Shown: positions 27,199 through 38,040, counted from the first letter of the stretch. The stretch: 64,000 nt of DNA from a virus (IMGVR_UViG_3300033075_001508:31914-95913); one strand, 5' to 3'. Notes: generated by a model from the sequence alone, not told the origin. Made by a program: numbers and translations.

Positions 27199-30100
27199 TT
27201 ACTCAAGGTTCAAACCGGCGTCTGGGAACTTGTCTCGGAACACCTGGTTGAGGTACTCTTTGATTTTCGCCACAGCCATCTTCTCGAAGGCCGGGGTAAT
27301 CGACGCCAACACTTCCGCGCCGTTGAAGATGAACTCGTGGGTTTGACGTCCAACGACTTCCAATCTGGATGGGAAGTTCGACAAGGCTCGGGACAACTCT
27401 TGAGCGACAGTGCCGAAGGCCGTCATGGCATTCACCAACCCGCTCGAAGACGGACCGAACCCATTCATGGCCGCAGCCAATTCCGGAGCCCCGTCAATCT
27501 TGCTGGAGGTTTGAGCAGGAAGGGTTCCCGTCTGCTGACGTTGTGCCGGCGTTCCACCAACTGGTCCACCAGAAGCGAATCGTTGCACGTTGGCGTAGCC
27601 ACCCATGTTCTGGATAGCTCTCCTGCTTAACACGAACTCGCCAGGTGTCAACAATGCCGGGACATTATCTCGGTCTCCAACCCCACCGACACGACCACCT
27701 TCTGCGAAACCCGCGACTCCCGTCCCGATTAGCCCGCCTAGGCCACGGTTATTCAGGAACCTCTGACGAGCAATCCGGCCCCGAATTTGGGTCTCGAACA
27801 GATTCTGCTGGCTGAGCCGGTCACGACTTTGTTGGCGACCTTGCAGCAAGCTTTGGTTGACACCCGCTTGCGTCTGGCTATCAGCACGGCGTAGCCCGAA
27901 TGCCGCAAACGCATTCCCTCGCTGAACCTCAAGTTGACGTTCCCGCAAATTAGATTGGGCACCGTAGTCGCGACGAACAGACGAGCGCGCGTCGGCAATG
28001 GACACCGACTGACGTTGTAGTGCGTCTCGCTCTTCACGAGTCAATCGGCGTCCCAATCGTTCTTCCTCGCGAGCTACCGCTTGTTCGAAGAGCCTGTCTC
28101 GCGTACGTTCGTTGAAGGCTACACTACCAAGCGCGCCAAACGGGTCGGCGGCTGCTAAACGGCCGTATAAACCGCTACTTGAAATCAAATGCGTAGCTTC
28201 GCGGATGTCAGCTATTTGCCGTGCCACTACCATTCGGCGTGCATGCGCTCGGTCCGCTTCTTCAGCAATAGGCGTGTTACCCGCAATCCATTCCTCTTCC
28301 TCCGCTCTTCGGCGTCTACTTTCTTCCTCTTCCAGTGCTGTCGCGTGGGCGTCTACCGCCCTGCTACGAAAATCGAAGAAGCCACCGCCTGCGAGGTAAA
28401 CGGGACCGTTCGCGTTGTTGATACGGTTGAGCAGGGAACGGTTGTGTTGTGCCGCCTCGCGACGAACCACAAATTCACCCGGACTCAGCATCGCCGGGAC
28501 CGTGTCCGTGCCTTGTGCGCGGAACGTCCGTGGGTCCGGAGTCCTACCCCCAAACCGGAATGGCGTAGCCCCGACCGAGCCGCCAGACGCAAACCCTGTA
28601 GGCGCAGGCGCAGGGGAGTCTGTAACAGGATTGAACGCTCGGTAGATTTCAAGAAACTCATTGAACCGACGAACTTTCAAGAGGAAGTCGCTCGGACTCA
28701 ATCTGTTTGTCCCTCTTTCGTGAAGCTGTAGCTCTCCTGCGTAGGTGCGAAGCAGTCTGGTGCTAGAGTCTTCTCCGACATAGTCGTTACGGTTGTACGC
28801 CATCCGGATGCTCTCCCACTCCATCCGGTTGGAGAACAAGTCTTGTAGCTGGGAGTACAACCGGAGGTTGTCATGCCGTCCCAACAGGTCAACACCGCTA
28901 CTCATCGACTGAAGCGAAGCCACCTCCCGCTCGGTTTCGCTTAATGCCTGTATCCTCGCACTCAACCTTTCCTGCTCACCCATGAAGCTTGGCGGAAGGA
29001 AAGTTGCCGGGTCTGTCAATTCGATGACGGACTGAACGACAGCAGCATCTCGTATCGCCCGTAATTCCGCCAACTGGTTCACAACTGGGCGCACACTGGT
29101 TCTCGCGCCAGTACGCTCTTCCAAGCGCCTGGTCGCCGCTTCTTCTTCTGCTGCCGCTCGCCTTCTGCCTTCAGCTATCTCGGGAGTGTCATCACGACGC
29201 AAGATGGACTCGGCGAGCCAGACTGCCGGACGTAAACCTTCGGCCACTAAGTCTCCACCAACACTGACCGTGCTGGCCGTGAAATCCGTTACGGTGCCGA
29301 GAACTTCTCCAACTGGGCCACGAACATCCTCTCGTACACGACGGCCGGAATCGGCAAAAGTGCTGCGAAGGCCAGACTCGTCGCTGAAGCGGGCTCTGCC
29401 GGTAAGGGAGGAAAGCCCGCTCAAGCCAAGGTCGGCTAACGCCACTCCAAATCCTAAACCGCCTGTACCATAGCCAACGGCAAGGTCGGTTGCCGCTCTG
29501 GTTGTTGCCGGAATCGCTCCCCTCTCGGCGGTGTCGCGAATCAAGTTGTAGGTGGTTAATGCCGTTCCACCAATACGGACCGCCCTACCAAACGCGCTAC
29601 CTCGTGCCGCAGGCTCGGGTGCGGGTCTTTCTGGAAGTGGGGTACGACCAGTGCTTGGGCGAGCGGTTACCGCCTCCTCCATGAAGTACCGCTCAAAGGA
29701 ACTGCCTCCGGTTGGAGACGCCGGACGAACCGGACTCAAGGTCGGAGCCGTTCCCGTTCCCCAACCACCAGTAGGGGTCGCAACCGCCAATCTGGACAGC
29801 GACTCGGCCGTAATAGCCGGCGCAGTAGGGGTCCGACCAAACAAACCGCTGAATAATCCTCGAATCGTAGTGCGAGGACTAGAGCTTGTTGCTGGGGTAG
29901 TCGCAGGCGCTGGTGCCGGCGTTGTCGCTGGAGCCCCGAAGCTCGTCCTGGTGAACGGAACCGGAGCGGGCGCTGTTGCAGGAGTTGCTACGCGTCTGGT
30001 GGCATCGTCTGCCCACAACGTACGCAATCTATCCAGGAAACCGCGTCTTGCTGCTGCCGGCGTCGAGGTAGCTGGGGCGGGAGCGGGAGTCGCGACCGGC

Positions 30101-33100
30101 GCAGGCGTTGCCACCGGAGTTGGTCTTGCGGCACGCCATCTATCCAAACCCTCAGTTCCCAACGTGGCTGTGGTTGTCACGCCACGAGGAGTTCCGGTTG
30201 GAGTCGCTGTGCGCAGAATGCGTGCGGCTACATCATCAGCTGTTTCGCCAGCGGCAGGAAGACGACTTAATACTCGGCTGCGAAATTCTTCGGCAACACT
30301 ACGGAGTCCAGGTCTAGAGTCTGCTCTTCCAGTAGCTACGTCAGAAAACAAGTCCGCGAAGCCTTCAGCCCAAATAGACGAAGGCGTGCGATAACGAGCC
30401 TCGATTCTAGCTAACGGCCTTAATGAATCGCGACCCGACAGGTAACGCTCTGCAATCGTTCGGTCGATGCCTGGTCCGCTAGAACTGAATCGCGTAGCAA
30501 GGCCAGCCTCCCTCGCCAGCAGTCGGTCCGCACCGTGTCCAAGTTCGTGGGACAAGACCGTCATAAGCCGTTCGTAACTGTCGATACCGGTTCTGGACAA
30601 ACTGATGGTGCCACTCGTTAGTCCATATCGACCCGTAGTTGTACCCGGCAACGAACTGGTGAGCCGAATTCGGCTGTATAGCGACCTGGTGTCGACCCCC
30701 GTTGCAGAACGGATATCGGCAAGCGCCCTACGAATGGTGTCAGAGTTCAGAACGAACCCGCCACCTTCCAAGTAGACGGGGCCGCGAGAATTATTCACCC
30801 TTTGCAGGAGAGCAGAATTCGCTCTCGCGCTTTCGCGGTTCACCACAAACTCGCCAGGGGTGAGCATTGCGGGAACAACATCAGTGCCGCGAGGACGAAA
30901 CATCGACCCGGCCACGCCACCGCCAGCCCTGGTCTCAACTGGGAGACTGAGAGCGGTGCGTGTCGAAGCAATCGCGCGAGCCGTTTCCGCCAACTCGTTG
31001 TTGACGGCCGTTATGCGTCCCGGGAGGCTCTCCAGGCTGTTTGCCGCTCCATCAAAGGCTTGAAGTGCCCTAGTAATGGATTCTCCGTTTAACGACGACA
31101 ACGAAGATGTATCAAAACCAAGCTCTTGCAATCTTCCAGCAGCCGCATTGCGACGACGTACAGCGTCACCAGCAACGGTTCCTGCCGCGCCGCCGACTTC
31201 AGCCTGGATAGCTCTTTGCAGATGCGGAAGGAGGAACTCGACCTGTTCGCCAAATCCACGCGTGCGACCACGGGCCGGGTCGTTTCCAACGTTCTGTTGA
31301 GTCCTCCTGATAATCGAATTGCGTTGCTCGACGTTAAGGTTCGAGAACACCCCCTCTTGCAGAAACGAGTTCAGTCTGCCTTGCAAATCGGTAGACAGAT
31401 TTCGCCCAGAGAAGAAGTTGTTCGGTGCGGTACCACTTAGAGCGCCGCGAAGGTTGTTACGAGCATATCTGCCACCATCGACTTGAACGCCTTGCGTGTT
31501 GGTGAAGACAGAATTGTTTTCGAAGTAGGTGCGGAACAAATCGAGATTGTTACGTGCAAGTTCAGCCTGGCTGTTGTTTCGAATTCCCAATCTGCCAAGC
31601 AGGTCTCTCTGCGCACCTTGTGCGGTCAACCTACCACGGTCTGTTTCCAGTTGGCCTCGGCGGTTGTTGAGAGAAATCAGGTTGTTCTGACCCAGTTCAC
31701 GAGACAGTCTTGCAAAGAACGTATCGTGTTGCCGCTGAAGATTGTCCCTTATTTGTGTCGCAGACTCACGTTGTGCGGCAGCAGATTCGCGCAAAGCTGT
31801 TTCGGCTGTTCTGAGGTTGCCAATAAGCTCTGCTTGCAAACGGTCACGCTCGCCAGTTTCCGACGCGGTCAAGCCGGCAGCTGCCCCGTAGGTGTTACGG
31901 AACAACTGGTCAACAACATCATTTCCGGTTCGTCCACCCAACAATGGATAAGATGCGGAGCCAATGCTTCGCCCGACATCGCGAGCCGAGCTAATTTGCT
32001 CAGAACTGTAGCCAGCAAAGTTTCCTTGTTGATTCGCCCGAATGAGCAGGGAAAGTCCACGGAGCAGTTCGGACTGTTGCTCTGGATTCGACGTCGCAAC
32101 TCTCTCAACAAACGACAGGCGGGCCTGACCTTGCTGCTGAAGGTGGTTTAATCGCTCCTGGATAGCGGTGTTTCTTTGCGAGGCGTCGGCCAGGTTTTGC
32201 AAAGCCCGGTTCGCATCGGACGCCCGCTGTCTCAGATTGACCAGTTCGCGGGTCGCGCTTTCAAATGCAGGTCCTTGGCCTCCTGTTGCCTGGAAGACCT
32301 GCTGTTGACGCTCCGCAGCGTCTTGAATCCGCGAATACAAACCGCGAAGCTGTCCGCCAATTGCGGTCGGGTCTGTCGCAGCAGCGCCACGCAGCCCACT
32401 CAACCTCTCCTGCCGAGCTTGGAAATCGGATTGCAGGAAAGAAATGGGTATGCGCGAGGTTGCATTCGAGTCGAACGAATTCTGTCCGGCAAACTCGACT
32501 TGAGTGCGATAGGTTTGAATCCTTGCCGTGTTCGCCCTGTCCAGGGTTTCCGCAACCTGGCTCATCCTGGCCGAAAACTCAGCCACGCCAGTGATGAACT
32601 TGTTCGCCTGCTCTTCGAGTTGCTTGGCGATTCTCGTTCCGGCTTCCTTGAGCGGGTCGGCAAAAGGCGCAATGAGTTTGTCGGCAAGCTTCGTGGCGTC
32701 AACCTGAAGCTCACGGTAAATGTTCTCGATGCCGCCCGACTTGGTCAACTGATTGAGTTGGTTGACCACCGTGTTGATGACCGACCCAATCTGCTGGTTG
32801 CCCTGAACAACAGCGTCCCCACCAAATGCAGTCGTCAACGCGTTGCGAACAGATGTGCCGAAATCTTCCTCGCTCGAAGGGCTGTTCGAGGCAACCTGCG
32901 AGAGGATACTCGGGAGAAGTTGAGCGGCTCGTGTAGCCACCGAACCTGTTTCGTACAGGCTTGCGCCGGCGTTACCACCTACAGCACGGATTGTGCTGAG
33001 CGTCTCAAACACCCCGCTGTCGTTCCTGCCAAGTTGGGTTAGACGGCCCGCGTTCGCCGAGACCTTCACGGCCCCGAGGGTGCCGTTTAGTACATCAGCC

Positions 33101-36100
33101 AGGGCGTCAACGCGAGTCTGCAACAAGCCCATGCTATCGCCAGCCGACTCCACCGCTAGAGCAAACCGTCCAAACGTGTTGACGTTTCGCTCTTCACCAC
33201 TACGGGCTCGGGCGTCTTCTTGCGCGAACCTTGCAGACTTCTGAGCCTCCTGGATGACCTTTTCAAACTCTTTGGTTACCTGAGCAAGCGAAAGCCCACG
33301 AATATCCGCTAAGACGCGGAGCATTGCCTGGTTAAGGCCAGCCCCGCCCGAAACCAACCGTCGCGAAAGAGACTCGACCGAGGCAGACAGGTTGCTCTTG
33401 CCAATCTCCTCAGCTTGTTTGTTCAGTGCCTGGGCAATGCTAGGCAAAGAACCGCCAAAGTCTTGTCGCAGACTTTTAGCTCTCGCGGCTTGCAAACCGG
33501 CAAGGTCCTTGCTACCCACCTCTTTGAGAAGTTTCTCTTCAGTTTCCTTTTGAATCGACTGAAACGCGGACAGGGCGGCTGCGGCCGTACCGGGAGCGGC
33601 GTTGCCACCAGCCTGAGCCAGTGTGGCAATCTTGTCGGCAAAATCTGTAATTGCCTTATTGATTTTCGCCTGGCGGATATCCTTTTCCGCTTCATTCAAC
33701 GAGGTTACGAACCCGTAGACTGCCCCACCAAACGCTCCGATAACACCACCGAGCGGTCCGGCAATCGAAGCCCCGATTGTTCCACCAAGAACGGCACCCT
33801 GAAGCCCACCAGAAATACCCTTTCTAGTGCTGTATCCGCCAGAAAGAAATGCTCCCGTTTCTCCGCGAGTCGCTGCCTCGTCGGCGGAACCGGACTCCTT
33901 TTCAATCATTCCGGATAAAAGTGGGAGACCAAACAGGGTGGCACCTCCAAGACCAGTTCCGGTAAAAGCAGACCCCAGCCTGGAAATTCCGCGAGCGGTA
34001 GCTCCAATGCCGCGAGTAAACTTGTTGGAGTTTGGAGAATTGCCGTACTGCGTCAACGGGGTCGAAAAGAACTCGCCTACCCGGTCGGTAACTGGCGACA
34101 ACCGGTTTTGCAGCCTGGTAAACCAGTACGCGCCAGGAGCGTTTACGCCACGGCTTGCCGCCTCCACTACAGTATCTTGCAGCCCAAGAATTCGTCCTTG
34201 ATTATTGCGAACGATTTTCTTTTTGGAGTCCTTCATCGCCTCCGTGACTTGCTCGGTCGCAATATTGTTGCGTTCGTAAGCCGAGATAGTCGGATAGAGT
34301 TTGCTCAGCAACTCCTTTTGCGCAGACAACAACTCGCGACCAATTTGAGCTTCCTGGCTCTTGGTCACACGAGCAGTAATCGCACCTTTTGTTTCCAAGC
34401 TAAGCAAGTCGCTTCCACCACGACGACTAATCTCTGGCTGGATTCTCTTTTGGGACTGGCGTTCAAGCAGAGCCTCGAAAGAGGCGGTGACGTTTCCGCC
34501 AGCGTTTGTGGTGGGCGTCTGAACTGGAACCCTTTCGCCCTTGTCGTTTGTGTAATATTCGATTCTGCCAGGCTTTGGTAGAAGCAACGCCTCTTCTTCT
34601 TGCTTTGCAAGTTGACGCGCACGAAGTCCGGCCGCCCCAGCTTGTTGTCGAGCCAAAAGAGGGTCGACAGAAGGAGTAAGTTCGATAAGACCAAGTCCGC
34701 CTTCTTCTACGAGCGGGTTATTTGCAAGAGAGCCATCTGGCCTACGATACGCTTGTCCGGAACGCTTGGCTTCACGCTCGCGAATACGCTCACGGAACCT
34801 GTCTCGGTAGCTTGCATCCTGTAGACTTCTGTTCTGATACTCCTCTTCCTTGGTTGGAAGAACGACAGGGTCAGGAATCAAGCCAAGCCCGCTTCCGCCC
34901 AAATCGAGGTTCCGAATATCTTCCCTGCTTAATCCTTGCTGACGCAAACGTCTGTAGGCGTCAAGTTGTGCCTGCGCTTGACGAGCTTCTTCTTCCGCCC
35001 TGGTGAACCGAGTGTCACCTTGAGAGCTTCGGAACCTAAATGGCTTCCTCTTTTCCCCGGAAAACGCGGTTGGTCTGGCTCCGGATGCAGGAACATAGTC
35101 TTCTGGCAAGAATCCAGGCGCACCGTATCTGTGGCTCTCATCCGTAAGCAGGAGAGGCTTCTTGACAATCTCAAACTCCGCGTCTACGGCGGGGTCTGGA
35201 TACCTTTCCCGAGTACGAGTCGACTCATCGAGTCGGACTCGGTAGGGCACCAGGCTTGTTGCGTCCGGAAGATACGTAAGACGCTTCAAGCCATCATCGG
35301 GGCCAGTTTGTGCAGCGCGTAACGACAGAGTAGCCGCTTCCCGCAAAGGCATGGTGGTTACCACCGGAGAGGCTGTCGCCTTCTTTGCACGCATTCGCTC
35401 CAAAAGCGAAGCTGTCTTGCTCGAACCACCCTTTCCGGTTAGTCCTCTCTTCTTCCGGTACTCGTCCACTGCCGCTTGTTCAGCTGCAAGCTCTTCCCGT
35501 TTGATAACCGATTCTTCTACTTCACTGGCTTTCAGTTCGGTTCCACCCGCAAGGATTGGACTTTCCGAACGAGCGTTGGGCACTACAGACAGGAAGCTCG
35601 GTAAATCGTCGTCATCGCTTCCGCCTTCTCCCTCTTGACGCTGAACCTTGCCAGTTCTGAGATACTCCTGAAGCTTATCATGACCAGATTTAACTTGATT
35701 CCTGAAAATCGCTGTGCGGGCAAACGACCCTAGGACTCGCTTAAACGCTGCCTCGGCTCCTTCGTTCGCTTTGGGAGATATTTGGCTCTCATCAAATGTG
35801 CCAACCACATTTTTGATGCCGCGATAAATATGTTGTTCAGCCCTGTCGGGAGCATAAGCACTTAATACCTGATACTCCTTTTCGTTCCTTACTCTCTCAA
35901 CCTCCTTGTTGATTACCTCAAGATACTTCGGCTGATTGAGTCTTGCCTTTTCCTGCTCAGTAAACGCGCCGTCGTACTTACCAGTTTCTCGAAACGTCAA
36001 CGCTTGGCTCGCGTCACGAGCAGTGGCATTCATCACCTGTGGAGCAGTATCTTTAAAACCAATTTGCTCCTCAAATCGCTTCATCGCATCTTGCAATTGC

Positions 36101-38040
36101 TCGGCCGTTTTAATAATTCCAGCAAACGCTTTTGCGCCGGTCTTCTCAAAATCAACGAAAACGCCAACGATACCATTGGCTGCATCGCCCAATTTAGCAA
36201 TCTCTTTGAAAATATCTGGGAAGTCCTCCCGCGAAAGCTGGTTGAGACCTACAGGAGTAGCAGACCCAGAAGCTAACCGGATTGGTCCATGCAACCCAAC
36301 CATTCCGCCCGTATTATAACCCTGGCCGAAGTTCATCCGGTGAAGGCGTGCCGCCCCAATACGAGCAACCGCCCGCTTGTTGAGAACGTACTCGCCCGGG
36401 GTCAGATAAGCAGGGACAGTGTCGTGGTCACCTTCCCCTGGAACAAGGCCTCCGGTCGCCAGCCGCCTTGGAGCGTTTGTGGTTGTACCGTAGACTCCCC
36501 TGCTCACCGCATTGGCGGCGAATGTACCGATTCCCTGGAACACCTTGATGGTTGCCAAGGTGGTCAAAATCGGCAGAAGCGGACGAGCGAAGTCTAAAAG
36601 TTGCGCGAAGCTCTTCGCAATGTTCAGTATGTTGTCGGCGAGAGACTTGAAGCCCTCGGACTGCGTAAGAGCCCGAAAGAATTTGAGATACTCTTCCCTG
36701 ACCTTGGCGGTCTTGTTGAGCAACCCATCCTGGGCCTTTTCAGCCTGGATTTGCAAAGTGATTTGGCCGGTCTGGGCAACGTTCACCGCCTTCTGGGCTT
36801 CCGCGAACTGCTGAATAAGGGGAATAACCTTCGAAATCTGGCGGTAGCCACCCAACTCTTCGATGATGGCCGAATATCGTGTGTCCGTTGGACGAAGGCC
36901 TCGCAAACCCTCCGAAATACGCTTGACCGCCTCGAACGCCCCAACAAACTGATTCTGGAGATTCGCGCCCGTTCCGTTTGCTAGACGAGACGCTTCTTCC
37001 CGAGTGTAACGCAGGTTGACCTGGAGAGCCTTCAAGGCGTCTACAGTTTCGGAACGTTGGAGACGGGTAAAGATGGTCCGTAAACCAGTCGAAATAGTTT
37101 CGGCCGACTCACGAGTGGTCGAACGAACGGCGGTAAACAATCCTAAAAGCTCGTTGAGGTCGCCACCTGTTTGCTTGAACGCTCCACCAGACTTTCGGAT
37201 AACTTCAACTAAGTCAGACGCTTCCGTTGCAAATTGTCCAGCCACAGCGGCGACGGAGCCTAGGTTCCCTTTTAGATTGCCGACATTTTTGTCGAACTGT
37301 TGGATGATGGCGATGGAGCCTTCCAGGATTTCATTCATCGACCCAAAGTTCGGGGACAACGAAGCCTGAGCAACCGCCTCTAAAGCGACAGATGTGTCGT
37401 CAGCGGCAATGCCGGCTTGCCGAAACAAGATGGCCGCGTTCGCCAATTCTTTGCTGGACACGCCCAGGCTGGTCGACAACCTGTTGATTGTGGACTCAAT
37501 TGCCTTGATTTTATTTGGGGTATCACCGGACACCTGAGCAATCTTAATCATCGACTGCTCAAACTGTATCGCTTCGCCGACGCCCGACCGTACGCCTTGG
37601 ACAAATCGGACCATAGCTCCAGCAGCAACCGTAAATGCTACGAATCTACGAGCAGCTAAACCGGCCGTAGAGCCGAACTGAGCAATCGCGCTGGAACCAA
37701 GCTGCGCATGCTCTCTAGCGACCTTCAGGGTCTGGTTGGCTGTTGCGACGGCTGTGTTGAGCGAGCCAACGGACGCGGCGGACGTACGGGCTCCTTGTCC
37801 AATGCCGCCAATACCCTGCGTCAACGCAAAGGTAGAACCTTGGACTTCTCGCATGTTGGCACGCAACGAATTCATACGAGAGTTCAGGTCATCCAGTGTA
37901 CGTAGGGAAGCAGTCGACACTCGCACGTTGACGTCGATGCCTTGGCTCTTGAAGGCATGATGAACCTGCTGTACCGCTTCCCGAAGTCCAACAACTCGCT
38001 GAATGTAAAGCTGAGAGTTGATATTGAATGGCTGCGACAT
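27199..38040 (-). CDS. Tape measure protein (3613 aa) with accessory domains
   Basis: N-terminal TP901/PhageMin_Tail-like region (FEQSMIKIAQV...RESAETISTGLRTIFTRL), long helical stretches, Gly-rich hydrophobic segments; follows the tube and chaperone genes. Confidence 0.93.
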   Translation of the reverse strand: MSQPFNINSQLYIQRVVGLREAVQQVHHAFKSQGIDVNVRVSTASLRTLDDLNSRMNSLRANMREVQGSTFALTQGIGGIGQGARTSAASVGSLNTAVATANQTLKVAREHAQLGSSAIAQFGSTAGLAARRFVAFTVAAGAMVRFVQGVRSGVGEAIQFEQSMIKIAQVSGDTPNKIKAIESTINRLSTSLGVSSKELANAAILFRQAGIAADDTSVALEAVAQASLSPNFGSMNEILEGSIAIIQQFDKNVGNLKGNLGSVAAVAGQFATEASDLVEVIRKSGGAFKQTGGDLNELLGLFTAVRSTTRESAETISTGLRTIFTRLQRSETVDALKALQVNLRYTREEASRLANGTGANLQNQFVGAFEAVKRISEGLRGLRPTDTRYSAIIEELGGYRQISKVIPLIQQFAEAQKAVNVAQTGQITLQIQAEKAQDGLLNKTAKVREEYLKFFRALTQSEGFKSLADNILNIAKSFAQLLDFARPLLPILTTLATIKVFQGIGTFAANAVSRGVYGTTTNAPRRLATGGLVPGEGDHDTVPAYLTPGEYVLNKRAVARIGAARLHRMNFGQGYNTGGMVGLHGPIRLASGSATPVGLNQLSREDFPDIFKEIAKLGDAANGIVGVFVDFEKTGAKAFAGIIKTAEQLQDAMKRFEEQIGFKDTAPQVMNATARDASQALTFRETGKYDGAFTEQEKARLNQPKYLEVINKEVERVRNEKEYQVLSAYAPDRAEQHIYRGIKNVVGTFDESQISPKANEGAEAAFKRVLGSFARTAIFRNQVKSGHDKLQEYLRTGKVQRQEGEGGSDDDDLPSFLSVVPNARSESPILAGGTELKASEVEESVIKREELAAEQAAVDEYRKKRGLTGKGGSSKTASLLERMRAKKATASPVVTTMPLREAATLSLRAAQTGPDDGLKRLTYLPDATSLVPYRVRLDESTRTRERYPDPAVDAEFEIVKKPLLLTDESHRYGAPGFLPEDYVPASGARPTAFSGEKRKPFRFRSSQGDTRFTRAEEEARQAQAQLDAYRRLRQQGLSREDIRNLDLGGSGLGLIPDPVVLPTKEEEYQNRSLQDASYRDRFRERIREREAKRSGQAYRRPDGSLANNPLVEEGGLGLIELTPSVDPLLARQQAGAAGLRARQLAKQEEEALLLPKPGRIEYYTNDKGERVPVQTPTTNAGGNVTASFEALLERQSQKRIQPEISRRGGSDLLSLETKGAITARVTKSQEAQIGRELLSAQKELLSKLYPTISAYERNNIATEQVTEAMKDSKKKIVRNNQGRILGLQDTVVEAASRGVNAPGAYWFTRLQNRLSPVTDRVGEFFSTPLTQYGNSPNSNKFTRGIGATARGISRLGSAFTGTGLGGATLFGLPLLSGMIEKESGSADEAATRGETGAFLSGGYSTRKGISGGLQGAVLGGTIGASIAGPLGGVIGAFGGAVYGFVTSLNEAEKDIRQAKINKAITDFADKIATLAQAGGNAAPGTAAAALSAFQSIQKETEEKLLKEVGSKDLAGLQAARAKSLRQDFGGSLPSIAQALNKQAEEIGKSNLSASVESLSRRLVSGGAGLNQAMLRVLADIRGLSLAQVTKEFEKVIQEAQKSARFAQEDARARSGEERNVNTFGRFALAVESAGDSMGLLQTRVDALADVLNGTLGAVKVSANAGRLTQLGRNDSGVFETLSTIRAVGGNAGASLYETGSVATRAAQLLPSILSQVASNSPSSEEDFGTSVRNALTTAFGGDAVVQGNQQIGSVINTVVNQLNQLTKSGGIENIYRELQVDATKLADKLIAPFADPLKEAGTRIAKQLEEQANKFITGVAEFSARMSQVAETLDRANTARIQTYRTQVEFAGQNSFDSNATSRIPISFLQSDFQARQERLSGLRGAAATDPTAIGGQLRGLYSRIQDAAERQQQVFQATGGQGPAFESATRELVNLRQRASDANRALQNLADASQRNTAIQERLNHLQQQGQARLSFVERVATSNPEQQSELLRGLSLLIRANQQGNFAGYSSEQISSARDVGRSIGSASYPLLGGRTGNDVVDQLFRNTYGAAAGLTASETGERDRLQAELIGNLRTAETALRESAAAQRESATQIRDNLQRQHDTFFARLSRELGQNNLISLNNRRGQLETDRGRLTAQGAQRDLLGRLGIRNNSQAELARNNLDLFRTYFENNSVFTNTQGVQVDGGRYARNNLRGALSGTAPNNFFSGRNLSTDLQGRLNSFLQEGVFSNLNVEQRNSIIRRTQQNVGNDPARGRTRGFGEQVEFLLPHLQRAIQAEVGGAAGTVAGDAVRRRNAAAGRLQELGFDTSSLSSLNGESITRALQAFDGAANSLESLPGRITAVNNELAETARAIASTRTALSLPVETRAGGGVAGSMFRPRGTDVVPAMLTPGEFVVNRESARANSALLQRVNNSRGPVYLEGGGFVLNSDTIRRALADIRSATGVDTRSLYSRIRLTSSLPGTTTGRYGLTSGTISLSRTGIDSYERLMTVLSHELGHGADRLLAREAGLATRFSSSGPGIDRTIAERYLSGRDSLRPLARIEARYRTPSSIWAEGFADLFSDVATGRADSRPGLRSVAEEFRSRVLSRLPAAGETADDVAARILRTATPTGTPRGVTTTATLGTEGLDRWRAARPTPVATPAPVATPAPAPATSTPAAARRGFLDRLRTLWADDATRRVATPATAPAPVPFTRTSFGAPATTPAPAPATTPATSSSPRTTIRGLFSGLFGRTPTAPAITAESLSRLAVATPTGGWGTGTAPTLSPVRPASPTGGSSFERYFMEEAVTARPSTGRTPLPERPAPEPAARGSAFGRAVRIGGTALTTYNLIRDTAERGAIPATTRAATDLAVGYGTGGLGFGVALADLGLSGLSSLTGRARFSDESGLRSTFADSGRRVREDVRGPVGEVLGTVTDFTASTVSVGGDLVAEGLRPAVWLAESILRRDDTPEIAEGRRRAAAEEEAATRRLEERTGARTSVRPVVNQLAELRAIRDAAVVQSVIELTDPATFLPPSFMGEQERLSARIQALSETEREVASLQSMSSGVDLLGRHDNLRLYSQLQDLFSNRMEWESIRMAYNRNDYVGEDSSTRLLRTYAGELQLHERGTNRLSPSDFLLKVRRFNEFLEIYRAFNPVTDSPAPAPTGFASGGSVGATPFRFGGRTPDPRTFRAQGTDTVPAMLSPGEFVVRREAAQHNRSLLNRINNANGPVYLAGGGFFDFRSRAVDAHATALEEEESRRRRAEEEEWIAGNTPIAEEADRAHARRMVVARQIADIREATHLISSSGLYGRLAAADPFGALGSVAFNERTRDRLFEQAVAREEERLGRRLTREERDALQRQSVSIADARSSVRRDYGAQSNLRERQLEVQRGNAFAAFGLRRADSQTQAGVNQSLLQGRQQSRDRLSQQNLFETQIRGRIARQRFLNNRGLGGLIGTGVAGFAEGGRVGGVGDRDNVPALLTPGEFVLSRRAIQNMGGYANVQRFASGGPVGGTPAQRQQTGTLPAQTSSKIDGAPELAAAMNGFGPSSSGLVNAMTAFGTVAQELSRALSNFPSRLEVVGRQTHEFIFNGAEVLASITPAFEKMAVAKIKEYLNQVFRDKFPDAGLNLE

